Translations under genes and position numbers: made by a program
Notes under the pieces: generated by a model
The model's database searches: none
Seen by the model: only the letters and a program-made list of their open reading frames with translations
Told to the model about the DNA's origin: nothing
Assembly (NCBI GenBank): GCA_047495785.1
Contig: JBLDXI010000020.1
Location: 992,001-1,056,000, forward strand
Reading direction: 5' to 3'
Origin: Lepidodermella squamata
Lineage: Eukaryota > Animalia > Gastrotricha
Length of the DNA: 64,000 nt
Shown here: in pieces, positions 11,165-25,200 of the stretch
How the letters are laid out: each line of letters opens with the position of its first letter
Numbering within the stretch: the stretch's first letter is position 1

Positions 11165-13420
11165 TCATTTCTTTGTCCAATACTCAATATTATCGTAGAC
11201 TATATTTTCCTCGTTATTACTCGGCTCATTTATAACTGGCTCGGTAGTATTGATATTATTCTGGTCAGCCACTACATGCTCATCGTCTACGATTATCAAG
11301 ATAGGCGGCGTTGTTTCACCACGCGGTTGGGCAATTGAAGTTTTAGCGGCCTTAGCTAGGCCCGAGTCGATGTTCGAACACGATGGCGTGATGATGAGGC
11401 GAAGTTCGCGCCTGAACCGCGCGTCCACAAGCACGTAGATGAAAAACGAGCACGAGTTTTCGACGAGCATCATAACGAGGGCTACCTGAGACAATGTGAA
11501 ATGCGTCTCGGGCGAGGCGTTGTGCCACAAAACGCGAGACAGCGGGTTGTAGAATGCGACTGGGATATCGCCGAGTAGAATTATCGTGACTGTAACGATC
11601 AACGCCCAAGTCAACGATTTTGCATCTTGTTTCCGGCGCGACAGGCTGGTTTTACGATTTGGATTGCCGTGAATCAGTGAAGACGTGGTGCTATGCAGAG
11701 ATAATCGGCCTATGACGAGCATTGAAGCGCGTCGAGCCATTGAAGCGTCATAGCTTGGCGTTGTTGAAAAGCATCGCAGAACCTAATAAATAAATCATTA
11801 GTGTTTACCAAAAATGCAGAATTCGAATCTAGGGTTCCTACGCTAAATTTGAGTCTCAAACCCTCGATTTTCTTCCTTTAAACCTCAATTTTCGACTGTA
11901 ATGTCAAGCCGAAAGATCTCACGATTACTCAGCAGGTAGAGCCGATATCGATTTCAGTATCGATTTGACAAATCAGTCCTTTTTTTAGTTTAACAGTCTA
12001 TTAAATGAATATTAAAAACCTGACAAATCTGAGGTGAATTATAAAAATCATTCGAAATTTGAAAAGCTCGGAAAAGTTTAGTGGGAATCTTAATTTCCGA
12101 GCTTCTAGAATGGTTCAAATCGAAACTGCCCATGATATTCAAGTCTCAATCACTAGACCAATTCGAGTTTCTTGTATTCTTCGTGTATTCTTTGGCATCT
12201 CACATTTTCATATATCCAATGAATCTATATCGATTTTACAAATCAGTGAAAAAATTGATTTTTTTCGATTACAGCAGTCTGTGAAGCGAAGATTGGACAC
12301 ACTCGAGGTTACCAGGTAGCTAAAACAGCAATTACTGTGGCAATTCCTTGTCTAAGATCGGAAAAAGTCAAAATTCGATAATTTTTCTGTTCGATAATGC
12401 GATTTTTTCGGCTTCGGGAAAAAGTGGCTGTCATCTGAATTCTTCTTCAAAATTTAAATTCGCATCACACTTTAAACTCTTCGTTGAGATTCCAATGTTA
12501 ATTTATAAAGCGTTTTAGATTTTTTTCTCGCAAAACCATAATTTAGTGGTATGTAAATTCAATCACGAAAACGTCCCCTTAACTGATGTACGCGGCGACA
12601 AAAGTCAGCTTCAATCTTAAATCAAGCGAGTTAAGCGCTGGCTTACAGTTATGACATACGAAAAACCGAACATCTCCTACGATGATTTTTAGCGAATCCT
12701 AATATTTTTGGCACTCAATTCCTAATTTGTACAAAATGTCCAAGCCTTCTTGTGCCCTACCTGGTAAATCAGGAGAATGTTGAGAACTGTGAGTGCAACT
12801 AAGCAGCCGATGTTGAAAACAGCGAAGCGGAACATGGAGTAGATGTGGAACCACGATCCGTCTTCGACCGACCACCGGTCCACAATGCAAACGGCTGATT
12901 TGTTGACAGTGAACGCCAGCATCCTAGGCCACGAGATGACAAACCCGAGGATGCAGAGGGCTACGCCGATGAAACGAGCACGGCGTTGTCGGCGATGCGC
13001 GGCTTCCGAGCCGTGAATTTTCCGCTTCACTACGTGATAGACGTATCGATCTAGCGTGAAGCCGAGCGTGAACAGCAGACTGGTTGACGACGCGTAGACA
13101 GCAGCTGGCCAGATGACGTAAGCCACCGCAGCTAGATGCTGCACGCTGCCGCCTGCGTTGATCATCACCCCGGAGTAGCGGGTGAGGTGGACGAATAGAT
13201 TGATGGCATGCAGGGTGGCTAGAAATGCCAGGTATGTATAAGCCGAGGCGGTAAGATACCGGCTGTGTAACACGGTTAGATGCAGCGAGTTTGCGACTAT
13301 TCCGACTAGGCAAAGGACGATGGCCACGCCATACAGTCCATACTCAGCGGTTGATTCGGGCGAGTTGTGCCTCGGCCAGTAAGGGCTACACACCTCGGAT
13401 GATGAAGTCCCATTTAACAT
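11165..13420 (-). CDS. Orphan rhodopsin-type GPCR, FMRFamide/sex-peptide-receptor-like (425 aa; exons 13420-12761, 11782-11165)
   Basis: Seven hydrophobic segments across two exons joined in frame by a ~980-nt GT-AG intron (IYQ|VLRC). TM1 GIVANSLHLTVL, TM2 YTYLAFLA, TM3 TLDRY, TM4 SWPR, TM6 GDIP, TM7 ENSCSFFIY followed by DARFRREL helix 8. Confidence 0.85.
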
Positions 13421-14181
13421 GCCGAGATAAAATTTCTCCTCTACAATACAGTATAAAATGTATTTTTCAATTTTTTCCAGATTTTTCGAGAATGTTTTAA
13501 TGGCTTCATCTCAATCCCAATGAGGAAAGGAATTTATTCTACTGAGAAAGTTGAGCTGTTCGAGGAAAGGGGATTCACTCTGAGGTCTTCGCTCTTAAAA
13601 TAGGAAAAAATCGCTTGAAAAATAGAAAACTTCAAGGATTTCATATAGGAGAAATTTTTGAGGACTCCCACATTATATTAGGATTCAGTAAAAATTAAGC
13701 AATAAAATTTATTCCTATAGACACTAAAGTTTATTGCACTAGGGTCAATTTATGGCCCAGCCGTAATTTTAAGCAAAAAAATAGGTTTCACCTTAAGTTA
13801 TTGAATTATAAGCTGTGAAGAACTGATCTTAACTTGAAACCAAGTAAAAAGCACGCTTCCTGTCTAAATTGTTGCGCACCTCGGAACTGTCTAATGAAAG
13901 GATACTACACGCGTAGGCTATATAGTGGTTTTCAACGCAATTCGACCCTACAATATTTGTCAAAACATACGCCTCTGTGAGGCGTAATGTGCACTTGAAA
14001 GCGTTCCGCATGCGGGATCGTTTTGTCTGAGCTAAAATCGATGACAAATAATAAAAAAAAAAACAAAAAATTGTCTTTAATCTGCGACAAAAATCTAAAA
14101 AAAAATCCACCAATTTTATATAAACAAAAAATATTAGTGCCCTCGAAAATAATTAAAGTACACATTAATTTTTTATTGAAT

Positions 14182-15381
14182 TCAAGGTTTTTTCAACGTA
14201 ATTTCTTCGATTTTAGCGTCGAGTTCATCCGCCGCCATTGTTGCCGCTGCCCGGCGCCGCGCTTTTTCCGCCTCCGCGTTCATGCCACTACGAGTGCTGC
14301 TGAACGACGCCCCACGTACGGCGTTTTCCGGTCGATCGCCAGGTTCGAACAGGTAGCGTAGTTCGCTGCGAAATTTCGCGTCAATACCCGCGAAAATAGC
14401 TACAAGTCCGATGCCTTCAATCAACACCAACGCATCGATGACGATTTCAGACAGCCGACCTTCACGATTGCTCGAAAGTTGACTGGGTTCATTGAATAAA
14501 ACTCCAGGGATTTCGCAAATTAAATAAAGCGTCGACGATAGCGCGATCGATATCGTTAAAAGAGTTGTGAATCGAGATGTTCGTGACTTGACGGGTTCAA
14601 CTATCGGCGCGGAGGCAATTAATTGTGACCTTGCAATTAAGGTAGTAGCAACTCGCAGAGAATGCTGTCGACCAACGGAAAATCCCATAGCTCTCCAAAT
14701 TAATTTGGCGATTAAAAATAAATTCAGCAAAAATATCAAGACAATCGAATTTGCGGTTAGGAAAGCGAACCGGATCGAGATAAAATTCGTGAAAATTTCA
14801 CGATTTTCCGGCCATCGTTCAGCAATACAGCTGAGACCTGAATCGACTTTATAAGCGACCATTTCAGGCAGGCTTACAGCTAATATGGCGATTGCTAACA
14901 CCGGGAGGATTATTCGCATGATTTTCCGTTCAGTCAAAGCTGCTCGAGCCTGCCGCCGATTTTTGATCGAATAAAACGTAACTCGATCGATAAGTAGGGC
15001 GAGAAAGAAAACAAGTCGAACAGTCGATAAATAGGTCGAAATTGGCCACGCGAAATTAGAAAGGAAATACGGCGGCAAAAAACCATCTGTTAGTCTGTCA
15101 ATCGACTTCAGGATCTGGCAAAGTGATTGGCATTGGTTGAATATCGAAAGAGCGATCAGTATCGAGTAGGTCGAAGAAATGAGCCGGCGGCTTCTCAGGG
15201 CTAGAAAAGCGAGCAGATTCGCCCAGAAGTTTGTAAATGTGAGAATTATAACGCCACATTCAGCCGTTGTCCAAAATTCAGGCGCTTCTCGGTTCGAAAT
15301 CAACGTAACTGTTCGTAGCTGCCACTGCTCGCTGCATGTGGTAACATTTGAAGCAGAGATTGTAGTTGTAACTTCACGCAT
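14182..15381 (-). CDS. Orphan rhodopsin-type GPCR, paralog of the 11.2-13.4 kb receptor (399 aa, intronless)
   Basis: 7TM pattern with WANLLAFLALRSRRL, STYSILIALS, LIDRV (DRY variant), SLPE, CEIP and DAKFRSEL. ECL2 CIAERW matches CIVDRW in the neighbouring receptor. Confidence 0.85.
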   Translation of the reverse strand: MREVTTTISASNVTTCSEQWQLRTVTLISNREAPEFWTTAECGVIILTFTNFWANLLAFLALRSRRLISSTYSILIALSIFNQCQSLCQILKSIDRLTDGFLPPYFLSNFAWPISTYLSTVRLVFFLALLIDRVTFYSIKNRRQARAALTERKIMRIILPVLAIAILAVSLPEMVAYKVDSGLSCIAERWPENREIFTNFISIRFAFLTANSIVLIFLLNLFLIAKLIWRAMGFSVGRQHSLRVATTLIARSQLIASAPIVEPVKSRTSRFTTLLTISIALSSTLYLICEIPGVLFNEPSQLSSNREGRLSEIVIDALVLIEGIGLVAIFAGIDAKFRSELRYLFEPGDRPENAVRGASFSSTRSGMNAEAEKARRRAAATMAADELDAKIEEITLKKP

Positions 15382-16245
15382 TTTTTCGCTATTAAAAAAA
15401 TGAATCGAATCCTTATAGTAGTAATGAAATTCAAGCTTTATTTTAGTCTTGTAAAAGAGACGGAAGACCGATTAAATAGCTTATATTCACCCGCTGGGAT
15501 AAGATCAAGGGTCTTCCTTTTAAAAGCTATCATTAATTAAGTGATAGGTGCCTAGCTAATCCCATCAGGAGTGACCTAAATAATCTCGAATGAAACAACC
15601 ATAAGTCGCGAAAAATGAGAAGTAAATTTATTGATGCAATCAGAAACCGTGCAGATTCATCGACTAAAAATTGTTGATCTGATCATAGTTTTATATTAGT
15701 ACCTAATAATTATCTATGCCTTCAACTTCTTAGGCAACTTCATCAATCAATCCAGGTAACTTCATTGTTTAAGGATTTAAGTCTCATTTGTAGCTTCGCA
15801 TGGTTAATTTTAGATACACAGGAAATTTCACCCGCAATTATCTATCGCAATGCAGCTTAACTTAAAACAGACATCTGTAATATCCGCTCGAAGCAACATC
15901 ATTTTTCATCTTTCAGCCTCAACCGTGTCATCCCGAGGAAAAACGTCTCGGTGTGCGTGCGCAAATTTGCGCGATCGATAAATTTTTTTCTTGCGCGCAT
16001 TTTTGCAAGAAACTCCGTCGAGATTGAAAAGATAGGTGAGATATAAATACCGGATAGATTTGATTCCAAAAATTCGAGGGAATGAAATGCGTGGTATGTG
16101 GTCTATGCTTAGCAACTGGTGCGTGTTATGGTGGAGATTTGAAAACAAAAATTGTAGCCAGCCCCGCGTGTTTTCTTTTATTGGTTCGGAGTGTGATATA
16201 AAAATATATTGCTTAAACTAAAAAATATAAGCTGAGCTTATACTC

Positions 16246-19200
16246 ATGAAAAACAATGGGAAGTTCCATCTTGGACTTCTTCTAGTGGTGTTTCGCTGCT
16301 TTGAAGGTGGTAAGTCCGTGTTTTTCCAGCGAATGGTCATTAGGACGACTTTTCCGTTGCTCAGTCGAATCCCAAGCGTGTTCAACGTCTGCTCCACCTG
16401 ACTGCGAGCAAATATTACTGGCCAGCCCGAATTCCCCGAGCGGCACATATGCAATACAACCTGATCCTGATCAACCGTCGTTCAATGCATTTTGTGAAAT
16501 GGATAGCTTCGGTAAAAATTGAATCTTTTTGTGTAAAATTACATTAAATCTCAATACTAGGTGGCGGGTGGACGGTGAGTTTTAATCACTCTGTTTTCAT
16601 TAGACAAAGAGATTTGATTCAAGGTAATATTCAACCGGAGAGCAAATTCCACCGTGAATTTCGATAACAAGCTGTGGGCTGATTACAGGTCCGGCTTTGG
16701 TATTCTTTCTGGCAGCTTTTGGCTAGGTTAGAAATTCGTAGAAATTTAAAATATTTGGAAATAAAATCTGAAACTATTCAGGAAATGATTTTACGTATTT
16801 CTTAACAAACAAACAATTCTACACGGCTATCGTTGAAGTATGGGACTCGTTCGGACGCTACATGTGGCAGGCCTACGACGGATTTTCGATGGCAAGTGGC
16901 GGAGACCGTTACTCGATAATAACACCAAACGATGCAGGGTTAACGCTGTTGTGTAACCCTAGTGGAGGTAGGTCTCTAGCTCAAAAAGTTTCCATCTCAA
17001 TGAATAATGGCTGAACTTTCAGCTGCCCCTGTATTGGCTTGCCAATCTGGCTCTGCAACACGGTGCGGATCGTTCGCAACAATGGATTACCCGGCCGCGA
17101 GCTGTCCCTGGATGTCAACTGGCTGGTGGGATGGAATCTGTGCCAGCTCGATCGGAAGTGCTTTGAACATTTTCAACTACCCGGACAGTGACGCGAAAAT
17201 CATCGCTGTTCGACTCCTTGTCCGCAATCGCACGTTGTACAATCGTAAGAAATGACTATTTTTAGTTGAAGTGGAAGTGAAAACATTTCCATTGGCGCAA
17301 CAGTTAGTGATTGCGATGCGATTGCTGAACGGCGAGCCGTTTACTCGGCGCTGTCAACGATCAACGTGACTACGTCACCATCTTCTCGGTCCTACGATGC
17401 GGCTGTTCTTCTATGCAATGAAAAAGGCGGAGTTCTAGCGAGCCCAACAAACCTCAACCTAGATGATATGCCTTTCGATTTGATCCGATCAGTCGCCTCT
17501 CAGACGATGGCCATTGACGGAACCGAGTTCTGGCTAGGCTACTACTTCCCCGCGTTAACCCCACCTCCAGTACCAGGTGGAAATGCAGCTGATTTCTATG
17601 GACCACGTAATAATATTTTCCTAAAGAAATTTGAAATATTTTAAGGGGGCTTTATCATAGTATTGGATGTACGCGGGAGAATCGTTGATGTTAGCAAAGT
17701 GAAAGTGAATCTCAACAAAAACATCTCCACAAGCCCAACGGTTATGTGCATCGCTTATCGTTTGGGTGCCCACACGCTTCAACTGGACGAATGCAATGCA
17801 ACTAAATTCTTCATCTGTGAGTACCGACGGTCAGGTTGCTGCATGCGTGGGTCGATTGCGGTAACAAGCCCTGATGGATCGCAGTCATGCGTCCGATTGA
17901 CAGCGACCAACTCATCACTACCGAATCCCAATGAATTTCAAGGGTTTCTCCCCGAAAGCAGAGACTCATTCATGGCGGATCTCATCGGAACCTCAGCGAC
18001 AGAATTCGTCTACTACGGCCCGACGTTTATCAATATAAACGGGCATTTCTATTGGCCAGATGGTCGGGTAGTTTCCTGGGCCTACCCAAGCGCGGCTAAC
18101 CCGAACGGGTACATTTACATGGTGAAACGAAGTTCTTTGATGTATGGATGGCTGAATGACACGGTAGACACAAGTCCTTCTAACGCTGTAGCAACCGTTT
18201 TACCGATGGCATGCACTGTGGTGACATCTGGCTACCCGTGGTTCAACTGGTTGCAACATGGGTCTTATTTATGGTTCTTCTCTACAGTTAATGCTAACGT
18301 GAACAAGGACCTTGAATCGGTATGCAAAAATCAGCGGGATGCACTGCCAATGGTTTTCGACAGCGAGGACGATTACTCGTTTACTGTTGGTTACAGACAA
18401 CTGTCGCCAGTTGGTGTTAGGCAAAGACTCAAAATCGATCAAGGTAGCGAACTTAGCCAGGAACTAAAGCCCTTTTTCAAAACAGTTACTATTGCAGATC
18501 GATGTATGGCGGGTTGGCTCGAGATCACTGGGCGTTGTTTCCGAGTTGTTAAGAGTCCGAGGAATTGGACAGACGCTGATCAATACTGCAGACAGAATTT
18601 TGGGGCCAAATTAGCAAATATTCCAACATGGGAACATGTATGAAATTGCTTACCTCGCAGCGTAAAATGATACCTATTGCATTTTGCGGTTATCTAGAAC
18701 ATGATTCTTTCTCAACTACTGCAAATAAGTAGCTTGAATTTGGCGAAGGCTTGGATTGGCGGGAAAAGTGACTCTAGTGGCAATTTACAGTGGGCACCGA
18801 CGACCGCTCGACCTTGGGGAACTATCATGGTATCTTTGAGATTCATAAGCGATGCGATAGACGTATCAGAGTATTTTCTGTTCTCAGCAAAGATACAGTC
18901 CAACGTATAGCTTGTTGACAAGTTACTCGGAGACAGTAGCTGCCAATCAGTGTCTCTTCATGTTCGCAAATGGGACTTGGCATGTAGAGCCTTGCAACAA
19001 CACGAATGCTTTCATTTGCGATCACAGGATCCCTAGCAGCACGCCAACACATCTCGGCACGTTTATTTTCGAGTGGAAACATTTCGCTAATAATTTATTA
19101 TGCCAACAGATCCGGGCGCTGGTCCTTGGGTTTGTTCTGACCTGCAGATTGGTTACGTATATTTCGGAGGTCGATGCTATGAACGTGAGTACTATTATTG

Positions 19201-22200
19201 AGTGAGTATATACGTGTGTATATACGAATAAATTCCCTCTTTCAGCATGGTGGACTCACAACAACGACTTCTATGTGCGGTTGACATCTTGTTGGATGCT
19301 TAAACCTTGCAATCTAACATCCTTAACATCAGCTCTTGACATGGTGTTTTTTTATGGCATGACCACACAATGGTTGCGTTACAAAGGTATTAGGCTTCAT
19401 ATAGGGCTGGTGGCGAACTCTAGCTATGTACCCTACGATTTCGGTAACGAAACATGACGCAAACTGATTAGTAATTTACCAATATACGGTACAGGTTCCT
19501 ATAACTGGATATCTGCTCCAAACGAGGAGTATGTGAAAGTCACCCTTGCGGATACTGGTGCACAGTTCTTCAACATGAATGCTGGCATTACTGCAACTAA
19601 CCAAGTGATCGCTGCCATGCCGACTACTGCTGAGTATGACATGATAAGACCTACTTGAATATTATCATCTTTCACATAATCTCAGGGGCTGGTTTACAGT
19701 AGATCCATCCTTACTTTCCGCAGCAATGAGAACATACTACCCTCTCATTATGAAAACCGCCACCAAGGGATGTCCATTTGGCTGGCATCTCTTCGCATCA
19801 AGCTGCTATCGTGCAACCTTGCCATACACATCAAGAGGTAAAAGTAACAATGAAAGTAAAACGACGTTTTAAATTTCCTGTTTTTGCAGTTACACCGCTC
19901 AACTTCTACGCAGCTGTATATAAATGCCACACTGAAAACCTAAAAACTTGGAACGTCGGCAGTTCTTGGCCGATAAGTATTAACTCTGAGGCTGAAATGT
20001 TGTTCGCTCGCTTTTTCCGAGCTGCAATCGCCACTCAAAGTGTGTACCCTGGAGTCACCTGCCCACCTTCTGTCCCATGCAATGCGACCGCATACAAATG
20101 GAGAAACTGGCAAAACTGGACGGTTCTACCGACTAACAACTACATGTCGTCTCTTTTTTATCAGCCTTGGGATTACAGTAAGTTAGGCCACAGACAGTAG
20201 CCGTCTTTCGAAAGTGATTGATACCTTTCAGCTAACCGACTGTGGCCAATCGATGGAACCACCTTATCGCCTGTTCTGTCGATGGGTTTGTACGTGAACG
20301 CCTTGCGCAATTCCAGCGAGAGGTTCCTCGGCATCGGATCAGACGGAATGTTGACGTCCTTCGCTGGCACATCCCCCAGCTATTCGAATTCAATGGGATC
20401 AATAATCTGTGAAAGCAAACCATTTGTGCCCTGCAATACTGCCTGCCCTGTTGAGTGGATCATCGCTGGGGATAGGTGCATCTACGTTCCTGGCATGGGT
20501 GGTACAGGCAGTTGGCAGTCTGCCCTCGACACTTGCTACAGCTACGGCGGCTACCTCGCCCATATCGAAACCGCGGAAGAGAATGACCTGTACTACAAAA
20601 TTTTTGACCCCACCGCCTTCAGCAGTTTATGGATTAGCATGGCTACGAGAATGTACCGATGTCCTGACAAATACTTCTATCACGGCCTGCTGAAAAAATG
20701 CTACAGGATCAACATGTTGCTGTCTGGTACAATGACCTACAATCTAGCCTGGTCGAGATGTGCGGCTGAAGGTGGGGGGTATCTGCCGATCCCGCAAAGT
20801 GATTCAGAAAATGTTTTCCTGCGGAGATTCATGACCAATTATTTCGTCGGTCAAACGTTGCCGATAGGCTTGTATACCAGTCTAAGCGGTCACATTCTTT
20901 TCGATTTAAAAAGTAATTTATACCCCAGAATATTTATAAATAGTGAACTTTTTGCTCAAATGGATAGGCCCGGCGGCAGCTAACATCATGAAATGGGCAA
21001 ACGGTATGCCTTTTAATCCTGACACATACAGCACAAACTGGGCAAGCACTTCTTCGGCAATGCCCGTTTACACCGCAATGAACAATTCCGACTGCACCAA
21101 CTGCTCGGCCTGGGCAACATTTCCCCTTGGTGGTGGAGCGTTTCCTGGCGCTATCTGTGAAGCGGAGCCCATCATCGAGCCCAATAGAGATTTTTGGATC
21201 AGCGATATTTCAAAATGTAGCCTTCAACAAAATGTTTTTAGTTATTAGAAAGTCCCGTTTTTTCAGACGTCTCATGTCCTGTTGACTATTATCCGATCGA
21301 TGGCCGATGCTTCAGGCTCCACACCACTCGGGCGAATGCAACAATGCTCCCCGGCATATGTAGCCCAAACCCTTCGCTTGCTGGATCTAGTAATCCTGGC
21401 GGAAATACCAATGTAAACACAAGCACAGTCACTCTCAACCAAACGAACTGGGCGCGAATCGATACTATGGAACAAGCTTTGTTCTTCCAACACATGTTAG
21501 CAGCTGGCAGCCTTGTTCAATCCCTGTCCGCACCAGATGCTAACCACATTTACGGATTCTACACTCAACTGCGACTGAGAAGGAATATAACAGCTTGGCC
21601 TATAGGCTCTGTCTTAGTTACCGAGATTAATTCTACGACCAACATTCAGCACAGGCAGATCAACCTGCCTGCTTGTAAGATTCCAAGAAATTTAACCCAT
21701 TTAGGGCGATTCTGATTTATTTCCCTAAAACTTCAAGCGAGCTACTATTGGTACGAAGATGGGTCTTCGCCAGCTGTCAACTCTTTCATTGGCCGGATAA
21801 TCGCTAATAACAGTGTGTATGATTTGTGCGGCTTCCCGAGCCCCGTAGGTAATTACTTCAGCCTGATTCAGCCAAGGCAATCAGACGGAACTTGGATGAT
21901 GTGGCTGGTCAGTGACAATGCGAACTGCTCTGGCAGTGTTGTTAATGGTAGTTATAGACTAGCCAACTGGACCAATCAAAATATTCTCTGTTCAATGCCT
22001 GGATCTCGTGTTGCCAATAGTTTGTTGAAAATAACACAAGAACATGTCATCAATAAGTTTTTGCTTCCTAGTTCAATCTCTAATGACAAGACCAACCTGG
22101 TTTTACACGGATGAAGATGTCACTCAGCCTAGGGTTCATTCTAATCTTAGCGCGAAGGCTAGCCTAACCCTAACGCCTGGTCTTTGCTATGCTTTCCAAA

Positions 22201-25200
22201 CTAGAACCGGTCAGTGGGTTCCCGATAACTGCACTACGGTACAGTACTTCATCTGCGAACGCCCTCTGAACCCAGGTTGCCAGCGCGTTGATTCAATCTC
22301 ACCATTGAGACCTTCCGCCTGTTCTGCTGCGCCGCTATATTTCAACGGATATGAAATTTACAACGCCAACAAAGGGAGTTGGAATTCGACAAGCCCAGGG
22401 CTTAATTACAGCGGTATGTGAACCTGTGTTAACAATTCGTCGTAAAGTGGTTTTTTTAAGTTGGCTCGACTATAACAATAAGGTGCCCCAGCAACTTCAG
22501 GTTTGAAGACTTTGCCGCTAACAAAACGGTCCAATGCTCGAACTCAACCGGCTGGGACGACCTGCCACAGTGTGTTGAAAGTAGGGATGATTAGACCACG
22601 ATGTATGACGCAGTAAATTGATAGCTGCAATTTTTCAGATATGTGCACTGTTTTGACTGAGGAAAATATGATCGAATTCGAATCTTGTGATAACTGGGCC
22701 CGATTCGCTTGCAAGGTAGACATCGCCTCGGCCAATCGTCGAGTGCTGAACTATACCATAGCGCCAAAACCTGCTCCATACGGTAAGAATTTTATCCAAA
22801 AAGCTTCACTTTTCGCTTACATCAGTCATTGAACAGTTCCAAATTGTCCCGTTCCAAGCGAATATCTTCAATCAAGCTTTAAAATGGTTTTCAACTGCGA
22901 TCAGCAGACATACCTGGTTGGGAGTAGAGGCAAAACGACGTGTGAAAACGATACCTTAGTGTTCTTGAAAAACGGAAAAAATGAGAACCTGCTAACTTGC
23001 GGCGCAGATTCTTCGTGGTTAGACCTTGACCGCTGCGTTGATGGATGCCTGCTCGGTTCGATGGCTAACACTTCGAGATGTGGCAATTCGTCCACTGAAT
23101 TTGCTGACAGTTGTTATGTCTACGGCATGGCGGATGGTCAAATGTTTGGAACAATTTCGTTCACTCTAGCCATTAGCAATCAGGAAAGTGGCATAATCTT
23201 GGCTGAATTCGAGGATTTTGATGCGATGAGTCAAGTAGCTGATGCGATTGAGTTTTCGACTCGAGGGCAGCGTGGATTTTTCTGGGTCGGCGCAACTTAC
23301 GATGCAGATCTCGAGGATTTTGTTTGGCAAAGCACCGGTGACTTGGTTGATTCGTCATTATGGCTCAGATCGATTCCCGATTCGCTAGTTTCCAGCCAAT
23401 CATGCGCGATTCTAGACATATCAAAAGATTATCCTGGCCTAGATCTTGTGGATTGTTCGATAGTATCAGCTACGCCTCTTTATCAATTTAAAATTCCTAC
23501 AGTCAAATGTAAATTACTTTGGATTTGTTTATTTTAAATTTAATACTAGCCATGTTTACAGCTATTTTCCCTAAAGTCGACAACTTGAGGGCGTATTGGC
23601 CATTCGCAGGTGAAAACCCGATTTCAGACCGAGGTCCGTATTCTTTGACGCTGAATGCTACGACTGGTACTTCTTCACGAACTTATCGAAATGAAACCCT
23701 GGAAGGGTTCGATCTGACGAGCGGCTTGACAGTTGCATTTGTTGCGAACACAATCTCTGCCACCACGGGAAGTCCTGCGAAACTGACGATCGGAGTTAAT
23801 CAATCGCTAACTGTCACGATGAACTCGTTTTTTGTTGAGTTTTCTTTCCGAAAGAACTACTGGTTCGATGCCCAGGCAGTTCGAGTCGCATATTCTTGTT
23901 GTCCTCCGATAACCTTCACGCTAGATTGGGCAACATTGACTGGCCGAATATACATAAACTTCGCTGTAAAAAACTTTTCAGTTTTCGAAGCAGCTCTGAT
24001 GCCAACACGCTTAACTGGTCCGCTTGAAATCATACAAAACAACTTAGTTCCTGTTGGGAACCAAATGAATTGTCTGGCAATCTATGACACCACTCTAGGG
24101 GATCTTGACATCAAAAAGCTTCGGATACCTTGCGTTGAATATTCTCGAGGTTGCTTTTCATGCCTTTCTTTATGCAAAATCCAAATTTTTTCACTAGCTC
24201 GAAACACTGCGTATGGTTTCAACGGTACGTGTGGAAATGGAGTGGTTGAGATCGATGAAACTTGCGATGATGGCAATTCGGTGTCATTGGATGGATGCAG
24301 CGATCTATGTCAAATAGAAGGTTATTATCTATAACTTATTTTAGATGGCCTGATGTGTGTTTTATGCCTAAAGAGATGGACTGCTGCCCAACTGGATTTA
24401 TGCTGTGGCGCGGAAACTGTTATTACTCGGCGGGTCCAGAGTAAGAATTCAATGAATGATAAATGTTCAAGCGAACTTTCATTTTGTACGCCGCTAAAGA
24501 TTGGTAAACTCTTCGAACATTTCTGCTATTTGTGCCGATGTTCAGCCCTATCCTGCCTCGCCTTTATATCTTGGTTCGGTTGATGAAATGATTGAGCTCA
24601 GCAGCGTGTTATACCCTATGAAAACCTCTACTCAGTTCTCAACATCGCTCACGCAAATATATTCAAGTACCATGACAAATTTTCTCGACTGTGATATAAT
24701 TTATCTTTTGCTCTTAGAAATTGGCGGCAAATATGCCAGCGATTTGATCGGATTTTGGGTTTACTCAGAAGCTCGATACAACCATCCAGATGTGAGTGGC
24801 AATGAACTTCACGGCTCTTTTGTTGGCGAGCCTCGAATGAGCAGCGTGCCCTGGTCACTATCAGCTCGGGTCGCAACGTTCAATGCGTACAGTGAGTGAG
24901 TTTTGATAGAGTCTTTCCACTTTAAAACCCTTTTGTTGCAGCTTACCATGATCTGAGCAATTTCCATGACTACACCGTTTTTAAATGTCCGATGACTTTC
25001 ATGATATATGGGAAGTTCGGAGTTCTCTCAGAGTACCAGTCTAGATTCTATCTGCCCGATTCGCCTTGCTTTTTTGACATTGCCTTCAAGCCAACTTCGG
25101 CTTCGGATTACGAAGTTGGGCATCAAGCTTGTTACGATTATACAACGAATACTGTATACTGGCAAAATACTGGTAATCGCAGTGGAAATGCGCTGTTCAA

